Part shown: piece by piece, positions 52,999-61,569 of the stretch
Position numbering within the stretch: position 1 is the first letter of the stretch
Layout of the letters: every line of letters starts with the position of its first letter
Source: Parvibaculum sp.
Lineage (GTDB): Bacteria; Pseudomonadota; Alphaproteobacteria; Parvibaculales; Parvibaculaceae
Direction: 5' to 3'
NCBI GenBank assembly: GCA_019635965.1
Contig: JAHBYK010000003.1
Coordinates: forward strand, 10,386 to 74,385
DNA length: 64,000 nucleotides
The notes under the pieces: generated by a model
Database searches by the model: none
What the model was told of the DNA's origin: nothing
Seen by the model: the letters and a program-made list of their open reading frames with translations, nothing else
Made by a program: the position numbers and the translations under genes

Positions 52999-53100
52999 AT
53001 GCCTTGGTTCGATCTAATATCGCGCGGCTGAAGACCGTTGCCGCTTTGAGTCTCTCCCTTCAGGCCGTAATTCTTTCCGGGGCAGGAGCCCCCTCGCCAA

Positions 53101-54609
53101 TTGCTGTTCAACTCACCTGTCTTTCTTTTCGTCTTTCTGCCGCTGGTCGCCATCGGCTGCTTCTATGTCCGGGCAAGGCTTGGCCGCGAGGCCAGCCTCG
53201 GTTTCCTGGTTCTGGCTTCCTTGTTCTTTTATGGCTGGTGGAATCCGGTCTACCTGCCGCTGCTGATCGGGCTGGCCGTCTTCAACTTCCTGATGGCCAA
53301 GGCCATCATGTTCGAACGGCTGAAACCGGGCGGGGGCAGGGCGACACTTCTGACCACGATCGGCGTGACCGTCGATCTCGGCTCGCTGGCCTATTTCAAA
53401 TACACGGATTTCCTGATCGGCACGTCGAATGCGCTGTTCGATACGGGCTTCCAGCTCCAGCATATCGTGCTGCCGCTCGCCATATCCTTCTTCACCTTCC
53501 AGAAGATCGCCTATCTGGTCGACGCGCGGCGCGGTGAGGTCGAGCCTCACTCCTTCCTTGAGTACTGTTTCTTCGTGATGTTCTTCCCGCAGCTCATTGC
53601 GGGGCCCATCGTCCATCACAAGGAAATCTTCTCGCAGACGAAGCGGGCCAAGGGCTTTTCCTTCGACAGGATGAATCTCGCTATTGGTCTGACCATCTTC
53701 TTCATCGGCCTCTTCAAGAAGGTGGTGCTGGCGGACAATGTGGCGCTGGTCGCAACGCCCGTCTTTGCCCGGGCAGCGGCGGGCGGCGAGATCGGGTTCT
53801 TCGACGCCTGGGAGGGGATGCTCGCCTACACGTTCCAGCTCTATTTCGACTTCTCCGGCTATTCCGATATGGCGATCGGCGCGGCGCGCATTTTCGGTAT
53901 CAGGCTGCCGCTCAATTTCCATTCGCCCTATCAGGCACTCAACATTTCCGATTTCTGGCGGCGCTGGCACATGACGCTGTCGCGTTTCCTGCGCGACTAT
54001 CTCTACATTTCGCTCGGCGGCAACCGGCGCGGCAAGGCGCGGCGCTATCTCAACCTCTTCATCACCATGGCGCTTGGCGGCCTATGGCACGGCCCGGCAT
54101 GGACATTCATGCTTTGGGGTGCGGCGCACGGCCTGATGCTCATCGTCAATCACGGGTGGAACGCACTACCGATCCGCAAGATCAACACCTGGTGGTCGCG
54201 CGGCTTTGCTCGTGCGTTGACGTTCCTGTGCGTTGCATTGGCCTGGGTGCTGTTCCGTGCAGCCGATCTCGATGCAGCGATGGCAATTTATCGCGGCCTC
54301 ATCGCAGTCCCCTATGAGCCCGAACTTTCACGCCTCGGCGAGAACCTCCTCTGGCTCTCCTTCTGGATGGGCATCGTCTGGCTCTGGCCGAATACGCAGC
54401 AATGGCTTGCGATGGTTCGTCCGGCTTTCAATTACACATGGGCTGACCGCCGCGCCGATCCACTGCTGCTCCCGGTCGACGGGACGCGGTATCAACGGCT
54501 TTTCCTCTGGCGGCCGAGCAAGCGTGTAGCCATAGCGGTTGGTCTTGCCGCCGCTGCCTCGTTCCTCAGCCTGCAACGGGTCAGCGAATTCCTCTACTTC
54601 CAGTTCTGA
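53101..54609 (+). CDS. MBOAT O-acyltransferase (AlgI/PatA-like)
   Basis: LPLAISFFTFQ, FFPQLIAGPI, YFDFSGYSDMAIG, FWRRWHMTLS, GGLWHG and C-terminal EFLYFQF. Confidence 0.93.
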   Translation: MLFNSPVFLFVFLPLVAIGCFYVRARLGREASLGFLVLASLFFYGWWNPVYLPLLIGLAVFNFLMAKAIMFERLKPGGGRATLLTTIGVTVDLGSLAYFKYTDFLIGTSNALFDTGFQLQHIVLPLAISFFTFQKIAYLVDARRGEVEPHSFLEYCFFVMFFPQLIAGPIVHHKEIFSQTKRAKGFSFDRMNLAIGLTIFFIGLFKKVVLADNVALVATPVFARAAAGGEIGFFDAWEGMLAYTFQLYFDFSGYSDMAIGAARIFGIRLPLNFHSPYQALNISDFWRRWHMTLSRFLRDYLYISLGGNRRGKARRYLNLFITMALGGLWHGPAWTFMLWGAAHGLMLIVNHGWNALPIRKINTWWSRGFARALTFLCVALAWVLFRAADLDAAMAIYRGLIAVPYEPELSRLGENLLWLSFWMGIVWLWPNTQQWLAMVRPAFNYTWADRRADPLLLPVDGTRYQRLFLWRPSKRVAIAVGLAAAASFLSLQRVSEFLYFQF

Positions 54610-54622
54610 GTACGGCACGCCG

Positions 54623-55660
54623 ATGACGATGAACAGATATATTCCCGGCTATTTCGCGGCACTCGTGGCGACAGTCATTGCCTGTGCAGCAGCCGTATTT
54701 GCCGTGAATTTCGCGGTTGACCCCATGTGGTATTTCGGCGGCAACAAGGTCGGAACCATTAATTACGCGTTCAACGAACGGCTCAGCAAGGTCAACCTTT
54801 TCCTCGCCCGGCAGGACCAGTATGACTGCGTGATCTTTGGAGACAGCCGGGTGACGCTTCTTCCCGAGCAGCGGATCGAGGGCTATCGCTGCTTCAATTT
54901 TGCCTTCTCCGCCGGCAAGGCAGAGGAGGCTGTCGCCTATGCGCGCTACATTGCCGATCGCGGATTCCGTCCCAAACTCGTCATCATGGGCGTTGCGGCT
55001 GCCGCGTTTCGCGACAAGATCGGCGGCACGAATATTCCGGCCTTCATCCGCGAGTTCGACGATCCGAAGCCGGCCCTGCTTACATATCTTTCCTTCGACG
55101 CCATCTCCATGTCGCTCCGGACTCTTCTCGGAGATTCACCGCTGGACCGCGTCTATACGCTGGATTTCGAATGCCGTGTCGCGCCCGGGGCGCCCGACTA
55201 TGATCCGGCAAGGCCGGTGACCGACCTGATGGCGGGCCGATTTACCGGCACCCATCGCGTAAAATTCTATGACGAGATGCGGCAAGTGTTTCCCGATGCC
55301 GAACTTGTCGGTTATGTGCCGCCGATTTCAGCCTGGGCTATCGATGGCTACGAGAAGGCAGGATGGCTTCTGCAGTATGTGGCGGCATTGCATCTTGCAT
55401 CCCGGAAATTCGATCGCTTTCTCGATTTCGGCGTTCCCTCGTCCATCACCATTGACGTCACCAATACCTATGACGGCACGCATTATGAGCCGCCGGCCAA
55501 CGAGCTGATCGCGCAAACCTTGCCGGATGAAGAGTCAGACGAGGCGCTCGACCTCAAGCGGATCGACGAGCAGACCATGCTGACCATCTATCGCCAAAGG
55601 CTCAATGACTATCGCGATGAGCTCGCCGCCGGCCTTGCCGGCGCAGCGCCTTCAGAATAG
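54623..55660 (+). CDS. Membrane-anchored SGNH-like partner of the MBOAT
   Basis: N-terminal TM with N..VDP, GDSR (block I Ser) and YDGTHY (DxxH, block V). Confidence 0.72.
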   Translation: MTMNRYIPGYFAALVATVIACAAAVFAVNFAVDPMWYFGGNKVGTINYAFNERLSKVNLFLARQDQYDCVIFGDSRVTLLPEQRIEGYRCFNFAFSAGKAEEAVAYARYIADRGFRPKLVIMGVAAAAFRDKIGGTNIPAFIREFDDPKPALLTYLSFDAISMSLRTLLGDSPLDRVYTLDFECRVAPGAPDYDPARPVTDLMAGRFTGTHRVKFYDEMRQVFPDAELVGYVPPISAWAIDGYEKAGWLLQYVAALHLASRKFDRFLDFGVPSSITIDVTNTYDGTHYEPPANELIAQTLPDEESDEALDLKRIDEQTMLTIYRQRLNDYRDELAAGLAGAAPSE

Positions 55661-55716
55661 CGCGCCATCGGTTTGCCGCCGGCCTTTCTGATGTGGCGGA
55701 CAATCCATGGTTCCGC

Positions 55717-56094
55717 TCAGGCCTTTTCTTCAAGCGCGCGGCGATAGCCGGAATATTTCGGCTGGTCGATGGCAAGTTTGGTGAGCGTCGTTTCCCACAA
55801 ATGCTCGCGCAAGCCGGGTGTATCGAGAGTCATCTCGCCACTTTCGATTTTTGCGCAAAGCTCGCGGTTCAGCGCATCGATCGAGCCATCCTTGCCGAGC
55901 AGAGCCTTGAGGCGCCGATGTTCCTCGTCGCCGGCCTTGGGCCCGATCTCGAGTTCCCGTTTCACAATGTCGAGTGCATTGGCTGCAACAAGCGCGTGGA
56001 AAGCCGTATGCCCCTTCAGTTGCGGCATGGCATGATTTCGAATGAATTCGCCGACCACTTCGATCAGTTCGATGGCGGAGGGTTGATCCTGCAT
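55717..56094 (-). CDS. Small helical protein, DUF6285/LvaB-like
   Basis: MQDQPSAIELIEVV.EF, FHALVAANALDIVKRE and KLAIDQPKY; directly downstream of an APH-fold kinase. Confidence 0.72.
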   Translation of the reverse strand: MQDQPSAIELIEVVGEFIRNHAMPQLKGHTAFHALVAANALDIVKRELEIGPKAGDEEHRRLKALLGKDGSIDALNRELCAKIESGEMTLDTPGLREHLWETTLTKLAIDQPKYSGYRRALEEKA

Positions 56095-56095
56095 A

Positions 56096-57115
56096 TCACT
56101 GTTCCTTGCCGGTGAGCGGCGCCAGAAGGCGCATCAGATCGACTTCTGTTTCCGATGAGCGGCGGCCGATGGTGGCGCGCTCGACAGAGCGGTCGCCCTT
56201 GAGGAAGGCAGACGCCATTCCCATGCACATCACGCCCCATTTGAGCGTGCCGAGCACTTCCCAGAATTTTATGCGGGCGGGATCGACCTTGCCGCCACCC
56301 GCCGCCTCATAGCCGGCGAACAGGTCTTCGCGCAGACCGAAGCCTCCAACCGGCATGTCGATATTACCGAAGCGCCAGGGATTGATGCAGATCCATGACA
56401 GATCCGCCATGGGGTCGCCGACATGAGCGATTTCCCAATCGAGCACGGCCCGCAGCCCCTCGGGCCCGATCATCAGATTGCCATTGCGGAAATCGCCATG
56501 AACAAGCGTGAGTTCCGTCGAGTCGGGCGGCGCGTTGTCGCGGAGCCATCTGAAGGCGAGATCGAAAACGGGATGGGGATAGTCAAGCTCCTTGTAGGTC
56601 TTGAAATACTGCTCCACCTCGTCGCGCCCCGTCGCCACACGAAGCGGCGGAAGCTTCGACTTGTCGACCTTGTGCAGCCGCGCAAGCACTTCCCCGCATT
56701 GCCGCGCCAGTTTAGGACGCGCCTCTGCAAATTCCTCATCGCGCAGGATTTTCCGGGCAAGCGTTTCGCCCGGAATACGGTCCATGATGAATCCCTGGCC
56801 GATGCCGTCCTCCTCGGTCATCACGTGGCGCACGGGCGGAACCGGCACGCCGACTTCGGCCGCGAGATTAATAAGGCGCGCTTCCGTCTCGAGAGGGACA
56901 GCCGTTCCCGAGCGCCCGGTATCGCGGAAGCCGCCCGGCGCGCGCCGCAAAATGAGCGGCACGGCACCGGAGGGGGTCACCGCATCAAAGGACCAGATTT
57001 CCTGACTGGCGCCGCCAGACAGACGCTTCAGCGCGTCGATGCCGGTCGCACCGGGGATGTGCTTCTGCACGACCTCGGCGAGCGGCGCCGCGATCGGATT
57101 GTTCTCGCCGCTCAT
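56096..57115 (-). CDS. APH-family phosphotransferase (LvaA/ACAD10-11 kinase-like)
   Basis: LSGGASQEIW, LVHGDFRNGN, VLDWE and GDPMADLSW; ATG at 57115. Confidence 0.88.
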   Translation of the reverse strand: MSGENNPIAAPLAEVVQKHIPGATGIDALKRLSGGASQEIWSFDAVTPSGAVPLILRRAPGGFRDTGRSGTAVPLETEARLINLAAEVGVPVPPVRHVMTEEDGIGQGFIMDRIPGETLARKILRDEEFAEARPKLARQCGEVLARLHKVDKSKLPPLRVATGRDEVEQYFKTYKELDYPHPVFDLAFRWLRDNAPPDSTELTLVHGDFRNGNLMIGPEGLRAVLDWEIAHVGDPMADLSWICINPWRFGNIDMPVGGFGLREDLFAGYEAAGGGKVDPARIKFWEVLGTLKWGVMCMGMASAFLKGDRSVERATIGRRSSETEVDLMRLLAPLTGKEQ

Positions 57116-57116
57116 T

Positions 57117-58151
57117 TCAGTATCCCGCACCGACAGGCTTGCCGTCGACGATCTGATCGAGATATTCGGACAGACCATATCCGGTCATGCCGTTGCAGCG
57201 GTATTCCGTCATGCCTTCGGTGATGCGGGTATTGAGTTCGGTCCCGTCGGCATCCTTGCGCCGGTTGCGGAGCGGGATCAGCGAAAGCACCTTGCCTTCG
57301 ACCTCATAGGCCGCGCCCGATTCCGTTTCGACCTTTGCGCGCAGCGCGGTCTGATACCAGTTCTCGTCCCAGTCGCTGTCGATGCTGCATTTGGTGATGA
57401 GATCGTACTTGCCGTCCTTCAGCACCATGCCGCCATGACGCTGCTTGCCTTCGTCATTCGTGACGATGGAGATCATCATGCCGAAGTCGCGGCCGAAATT
57501 CATCGGCAGCCAGCGGTACCAATGGATTGCCTGCCAGTAGCGCGGGCCCCAGCTCTTGTCGCGCAGCCCGAAGCCCTCCACCTCGAAAGTTTCCTCACCC
57601 ACCTTGAAGCGGCCCTTGGCGGCCATGTGCTGCTCGTAATGGGCCTTGGCAAAGGATTTTTCCGGGTCGATGTCGAGCGGCGATCCATCTTCCTTCACGG
57701 TCTCGCCGCCAAACATGGGAGAGACGCCTTCGTAGTCGAGTTCGACTTCGCAGGGCACCACCGGGTTTTCCTTGAATGCCCGGGCCGGTTCCGCCATGTC
57801 GAAGGGATTGGCGAGCACGACGACCTTGCCGGAATAGGTGACGCGGAGACGCTTGAAGGGCTCGATCACCTCGATCTTCATGCCGCCCGCATTCATCTCG
57901 TCATTGCTGGAAATCTTCGGGCGGCCATAGGTGAAGGCGACACGGCCATCCGGCAGATAGAGGCAAACGGTCATTTCGGCATAACCCTCATTTGGGCGAT
58001 TGCCGAGGCGGAACCAGCCGCCGATCTTGCGGACCGGGTCGAACATGTTGAAATACATGCTCTCGTTAAAATTCGAGGCCTTGTCCGGGGTGTGGGTGTA
58101 CTCGTCTTCCGGCAGCAGCCGGATTTTCGTGCCGGGGGCGGCGGTCGCCAT
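57117..58151 (-). CDS. Two-domain beta-rich protein (DUF7064/DUF7065, AttH/tocopherol-cyclase-like)
   Basis: NFNESMYFNMFD, GWFRLGNRPN, HYEQ, GLRDKSWGPR and GYGLSEY. Confidence 0.65.
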   Translation of the reverse strand: MATAAPGTKIRLLPEDEYTHTPDKASNFNESMYFNMFDPVRKIGGWFRLGNRPNEGYAEMTVCLYLPDGRVAFTYGRPKISSNDEMNAGGMKIEVIEPFKRLRVTYSGKVVVLANPFDMAEPARAFKENPVVPCEVELDYEGVSPMFGGETVKEDGSPLDIDPEKSFAKAHYEQHMAAKGRFKVGEETFEVEGFGLRDKSWGPRYWQAIHWYRWLPMNFGRDFGMMISIVTNDEGKQRHGGMVLKDGKYDLITKCSIDSDWDENWYQTALRAKVETESGAAYEVEGKVLSLIPLRNRRKDADGTELNTRITEGMTEYRCNGMTGYGLSEYLDQIVDGKPVGAGY

Positions 58152-58340
58152 GGCGGGTCTCCCTTGGTCGCTTGAGGCTTTAATTTGGCCTCATTTTCCA
58201 TGCTCTATTGCCCCCATGATACGGGGCCGCGCCTGACAGGGAAGCCCCGCAATGCTAAGAAGGACAAAGGGGCCGAAAGGTCAGCGCGCCCCGGCGTCAA
58301 GATGCCCCCGAAACCATTCGACAGGCCAGCGGCAGGCTGA

Positions 58341-59087
58341 ATGAGCACACAGGACGACCAAAATTCCGGCAAGGGCGGCTCCGAACCGCATTTGATTCTG
58401 CCTGCAAGGCCGCAGAGCTTCATGACCCGCATCAGGAACTATTTCCTGACGGGCCTTGTCGTCGCGGCGCCCATCGGCCTCACCATCTGGATCACGCGCT
58501 GGTTCATCGATCTGATCGATACCTGGTTCACGCCGATCCTGCCGGAATCCTATCAGCCGGACAATTATCTGCCTTTCGATATTCCGGGGCTCGGACTTCT
58601 GATCGCCTTCGTGCTGCTGACGCTTCTCGGCGCACTGACCGCCAATATTTTCGGGCGGACCGTGCTTCATGCAGGTGAACGGCTCGTGGCGCGGATGCCG
58701 GTTGTGCGCAGCATCTATGGCGCACTGAAACAGATTTTCGAGACGGTGATCTCGCAGTCAAACGCCTCCTTCCGCGAAGTGGGGCTCATCGAATATCCGC
58801 GAAAGGGTCTTTACTGCCTCGTCTTCATCACGACGCAGACGAAGTGCGAAATTCTCGAACGCGTCGAACATGACGAGCTTGTCAGCGTTTTCCTGCCGAC
58901 GACACCCAATCCCACATCCGGCTTTCTTCTCTTCGTTCCGAAGCAGGATATCCAGGTTCTCGACATGTCGATCGAGGAAGGCGCGAAGATGATCATTTCC
59001 GCCGGACTTGTGGAGCCGCCGCGCAGGAACGCCGATGCCCAGGCGGAGCCCGTTCCCATTGCGAATTCAAGGCTTCCGTCAGCCTGA
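58341..59087 (+). CDS. DUF502 membrane protein
   Basis: FLTGLVV..PI..T, PVVRSIY...KQ and VFLPTTPNPTSGF. Confidence 0.9.
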   Translation: MSTQDDQNSGKGGSEPHLILPARPQSFMTRIRNYFLTGLVVAAPIGLTIWITRWFIDLIDTWFTPILPESYQPDNYLPFDIPGLGLLIAFVLLTLLGALTANIFGRTVLHAGERLVARMPVVRSIYGALKQIFETVISQSNASFREVGLIEYPRKGLYCLVFITTQTKCEILERVEHDELVSVFLPTTPNPTSGFLLFVPKQDIQVLDMSIEEGAKMIISAGLVEPPRRNADAQAEPVPIANSRLPSA

Positions 59088-61163
59088 CCGCAGATAGCGG
59101 ATAGCCTCGTCGCGCTCGAACAGGTAGAGCAGGGTGCGAAGCGACTTGCCGCGCTCGCTTTCCAGCTCCGGGTCCCGATCCACAATCATGCGCGCATCGT
59201 CATGGGCCGCCGCCAGAAGTTCCTTCTGGGCTTCGATGTCGGCAATGCGGAAATTTGGCAGGCCGCTCTGGCGTGTGCCGAGCAGCTCGCCCGCGCCGCG
59301 CAAACGCAGGTCTTCTTCAGCAATCCGGAATCCGTCTTCCGTCTCGCGCATGATCTTGATGCGGGCCTCGGCAGTTTCTCCAAGCGGCGTCTGATAAAGA
59401 AGCAGACAGCTCGACTTGCCGGCGCCACGGCCCACGCGGCCGCGCAGCTGATGAAGCTGGGCAAGGCCGAAGCGTTCGGCATGTTCGATGATCATCACTG
59501 TTGCCGAAGGTACGTTGACGCCAACCTCGATCACCGTGGTGGCCACGAGGATCTTGATTTCGCCGGCAGCGAAACGCGCCATGACGGCATCCTTGTCGGC
59601 GGTTTTCATCCGCCCGTGAACAAGGCCGACGATCTCGCCAAAGGTCGCTTGAAGCTGTTTGAACCTCTCTTCCGCCGCGGCGGCATCGACCACATCGGAT
59701 TCTTCGACCAGCGGGCAAACCCAGTAGATCTGCGCGCCGCGAGCCAGCGCGCGGGGAAGGCCTGCAACAACCTCATCGAGCCGGTCGAGCGGCAAGGCGC
59801 GCGTATCGACAGGCATGCGTCCTGGTGGCTTTTCGTCGAGCTTCGATACATCCATGTCGCCATAGGCTGTGAGCGTCAGCGTCCGGGGAATGGGTGTTGC
59901 CGTCATCACCAGCACGTCCGTTCCAGGTCCGCCCTTCGAGGTGAGCATGAGCCGCTGATGCACGCCAAAGCGGTGCTGCTCATCGACCACGGCAATTGCC
60001 AGCGACTTGAAGGCAACATCTTCCTGAAAGAGAGCATGAGTCCCGACGAGAATGTCGATCCCGCCGGTTTCCAGAGCCGACAGGATTTCCTCGCGCGGCT
60101 TTCCCTTTTCGCGCCCGGTCAGAAGTGCAAGGCGGACACCCGCCGCTTCGCATAGCGGTTGAAGGGTCGCGTGATGCTGGCGGGCAAGAATTTCCGTCGG
60201 TGCCATCATGGCCGCCTGAAAGCCCGCTTCAACGGCATTCAGCATGGCGAGCAATGCCACGACCGTCTTGCCGCTGCCGACATCGCCCTGGAGCAAGCGC
60301 AACATGCGGTGTGGCGCCTTCATGTCGGCATCGATCTCGGCGAGGGAGCGGGCTTGCGCGCCTGTGAGTGCGAAGGGGAGCGCATCCTCGACCTTTCGGC
60401 GGAGATGCCCGTCGCCCGCGATGGACCGTCCCGGCAGCTTCTTCATGCGTAGCCGGACCAGTCCGAGCGCAAGCTGGTTGGCCAGCAATTCGTCATAGGC
60501 AAGCCGGGCGCGAGCCGGGGCGTCCGGTGCAATGTCCGCTGCCGATTTTGGCTCATGCGCGGCCTGAAGCGCCACCCGCCAGGCCGGCCAGCCATTTGCC
60601 TTGAGCCAGGGCCCGTTCTGCCACTCCGGTAGATCGGGCAGGAGGGGCAGGGCGGCCTGAAGCGCCTTCTGGACGGACTTGAGCGGCAGACCCGCCGTCA
60701 GCGGGTAAACGGGTTCGAGGAGGGGAAGGGCCGCGCTTTCGTCCAGACCGACGATATGGTCGGGATGCGTCATCTGCGGCGCGCCCTGATAGAACTCGAT
60801 GCGGCCGGAAACAATGCGGCGGCTGCCTTCAGGCAGCAATTTAGCGAGATAATCAGGCCTGGCATTGAAGAAGACGAGCTGCATTTCGCCGGTTTCGTCG
60901 GAGACGTGAACCCGGTAGGGAAGGCGCTTCGTGCGCGGCGGGACATGAAGCCCGACCGAAACCTCGATTGTCGCTATCTCACCGTCCTTTGCCCCGGCGA
61001 TTTTCGGGCGGCTGCGGCGGTCGATCAGGCCGGAGGGAAGGTGCCAGAGCAGGTCGATGACCTTGGGGCCAGCCAGCCTTTCCACCAGCTTTTCAAGCCG
61101 CGGCCCGATGCCCGGCAAAGAGCGCGCCGGCGCAAAAAGCGGGTAAAGAATTTCAGGGCGCAT
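59079..61163 (-). CDS. recG: ATP-dependent DNA helicase RecG
   Basis: [38 protein letters not shown] and TRG motif. Confidence 0.98.
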   Translation of the reverse strand: MRPEILYPLFAPARSLPGIGPRLEKLVERLAGPKVIDLLWHLPSGLIDRRSRPKIAGAKDGEIATIEVSVGLHVPPRTKRLPYRVHVSDETGEMQLVFFNARPDYLAKLLPEGSRRIVSGRIEFYQGAPQMTHPDHIVGLDESAALPLLEPVYPLTAGLPLKSVQKALQAALPLLPDLPEWQNGPWLKANGWPAWRVALQAAHEPKSAADIAPDAPARARLAYDELLANQLALGLVRLRMKKLPGRSIAGDGHLRRKVEDALPFALTGAQARSLAEIDADMKAPHRMLRLLQGDVGSGKTVVALLAMLNAVEAGFQAAMMAPTEILARQHHATLQPLCEAAGVRLALLTGREKGKPREEILSALETGGIDILVGTHALFQEDVAFKSLAIAVVDEQHRFGVHQRLMLTSKGGPGTDVLVMTATPIPRTLTLTAYGDMDVSKLDEKPPGRMPVDTRALPLDRLDEVVAGLPRALARGAQIYWVCPLVEESDVVDAAAAEERFKQLQATFGEIVGLVHGRMKTADKDAVMARFAAGEIKILVATTVIEVGVNVPSATVMIIEHAERFGLAQLHQLRGRVGRGAGKSSCLLLYQTPLGETAEARIKIMRETEDGFRIAEEDLRLRGAGELLGTRQSGLPNFRIADIEAQKELLAAAHDDARMIVDRDPELESERGKSLRTLLYLFERDEAIRYLRSG

Positions 61164-61259
61164 GGCCCGCGCTCCGGCAAGTAACGGGAATCATGAGGCA
61201 TTCTAATGACATATGCCGCGTCCCGGTCTATATCCCGGCGAAGCGGACAGGAGACAGGC

Positions 61260-61550
61260 ATGACCGGCGAACGGGACGAGGATCGCACGATCCGGCTTCG
61301 TAAACTCAAATTCCGGTCGTGGCACCGGGGGATAAAGGAGATGGACCTTATCCTCGGGCGCTTTGCCGACACTATTCTGGATTCGCTCAGCGATTCCGAT
61401 CTCGACACTTATGAGCAACTGATTTCGGCCGAGGATACGGAGCTTTACAACTGGCTGACTGGCCGCGAGACGGTGCCACCGGAGCACGATCACGCGCTGT
61501 TCGCCCGTATTCAGACGTTCAACCACATGAAGGGACCGGGCAGCCGCTGA
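61260..61550 (+). CDS. sdhE: Succinate dehydrogenase assembly factor 2
   Basis: FRSWHRGIKEMDLILG (RGxxE) motif; recG-sdhE-mfd synteny. Confidence 0.92.
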   Translation: MTGERDEDRTIRLRKLKFRSWHRGIKEMDLILGRFADTILDSLSDSDLDTYEQLISAEDTELYNWLTGRETVPPEHDHALFARIQTFNHMKGPGSR

Positions 61551-61569
61551 CCGGCTGACGGCCAGATCC

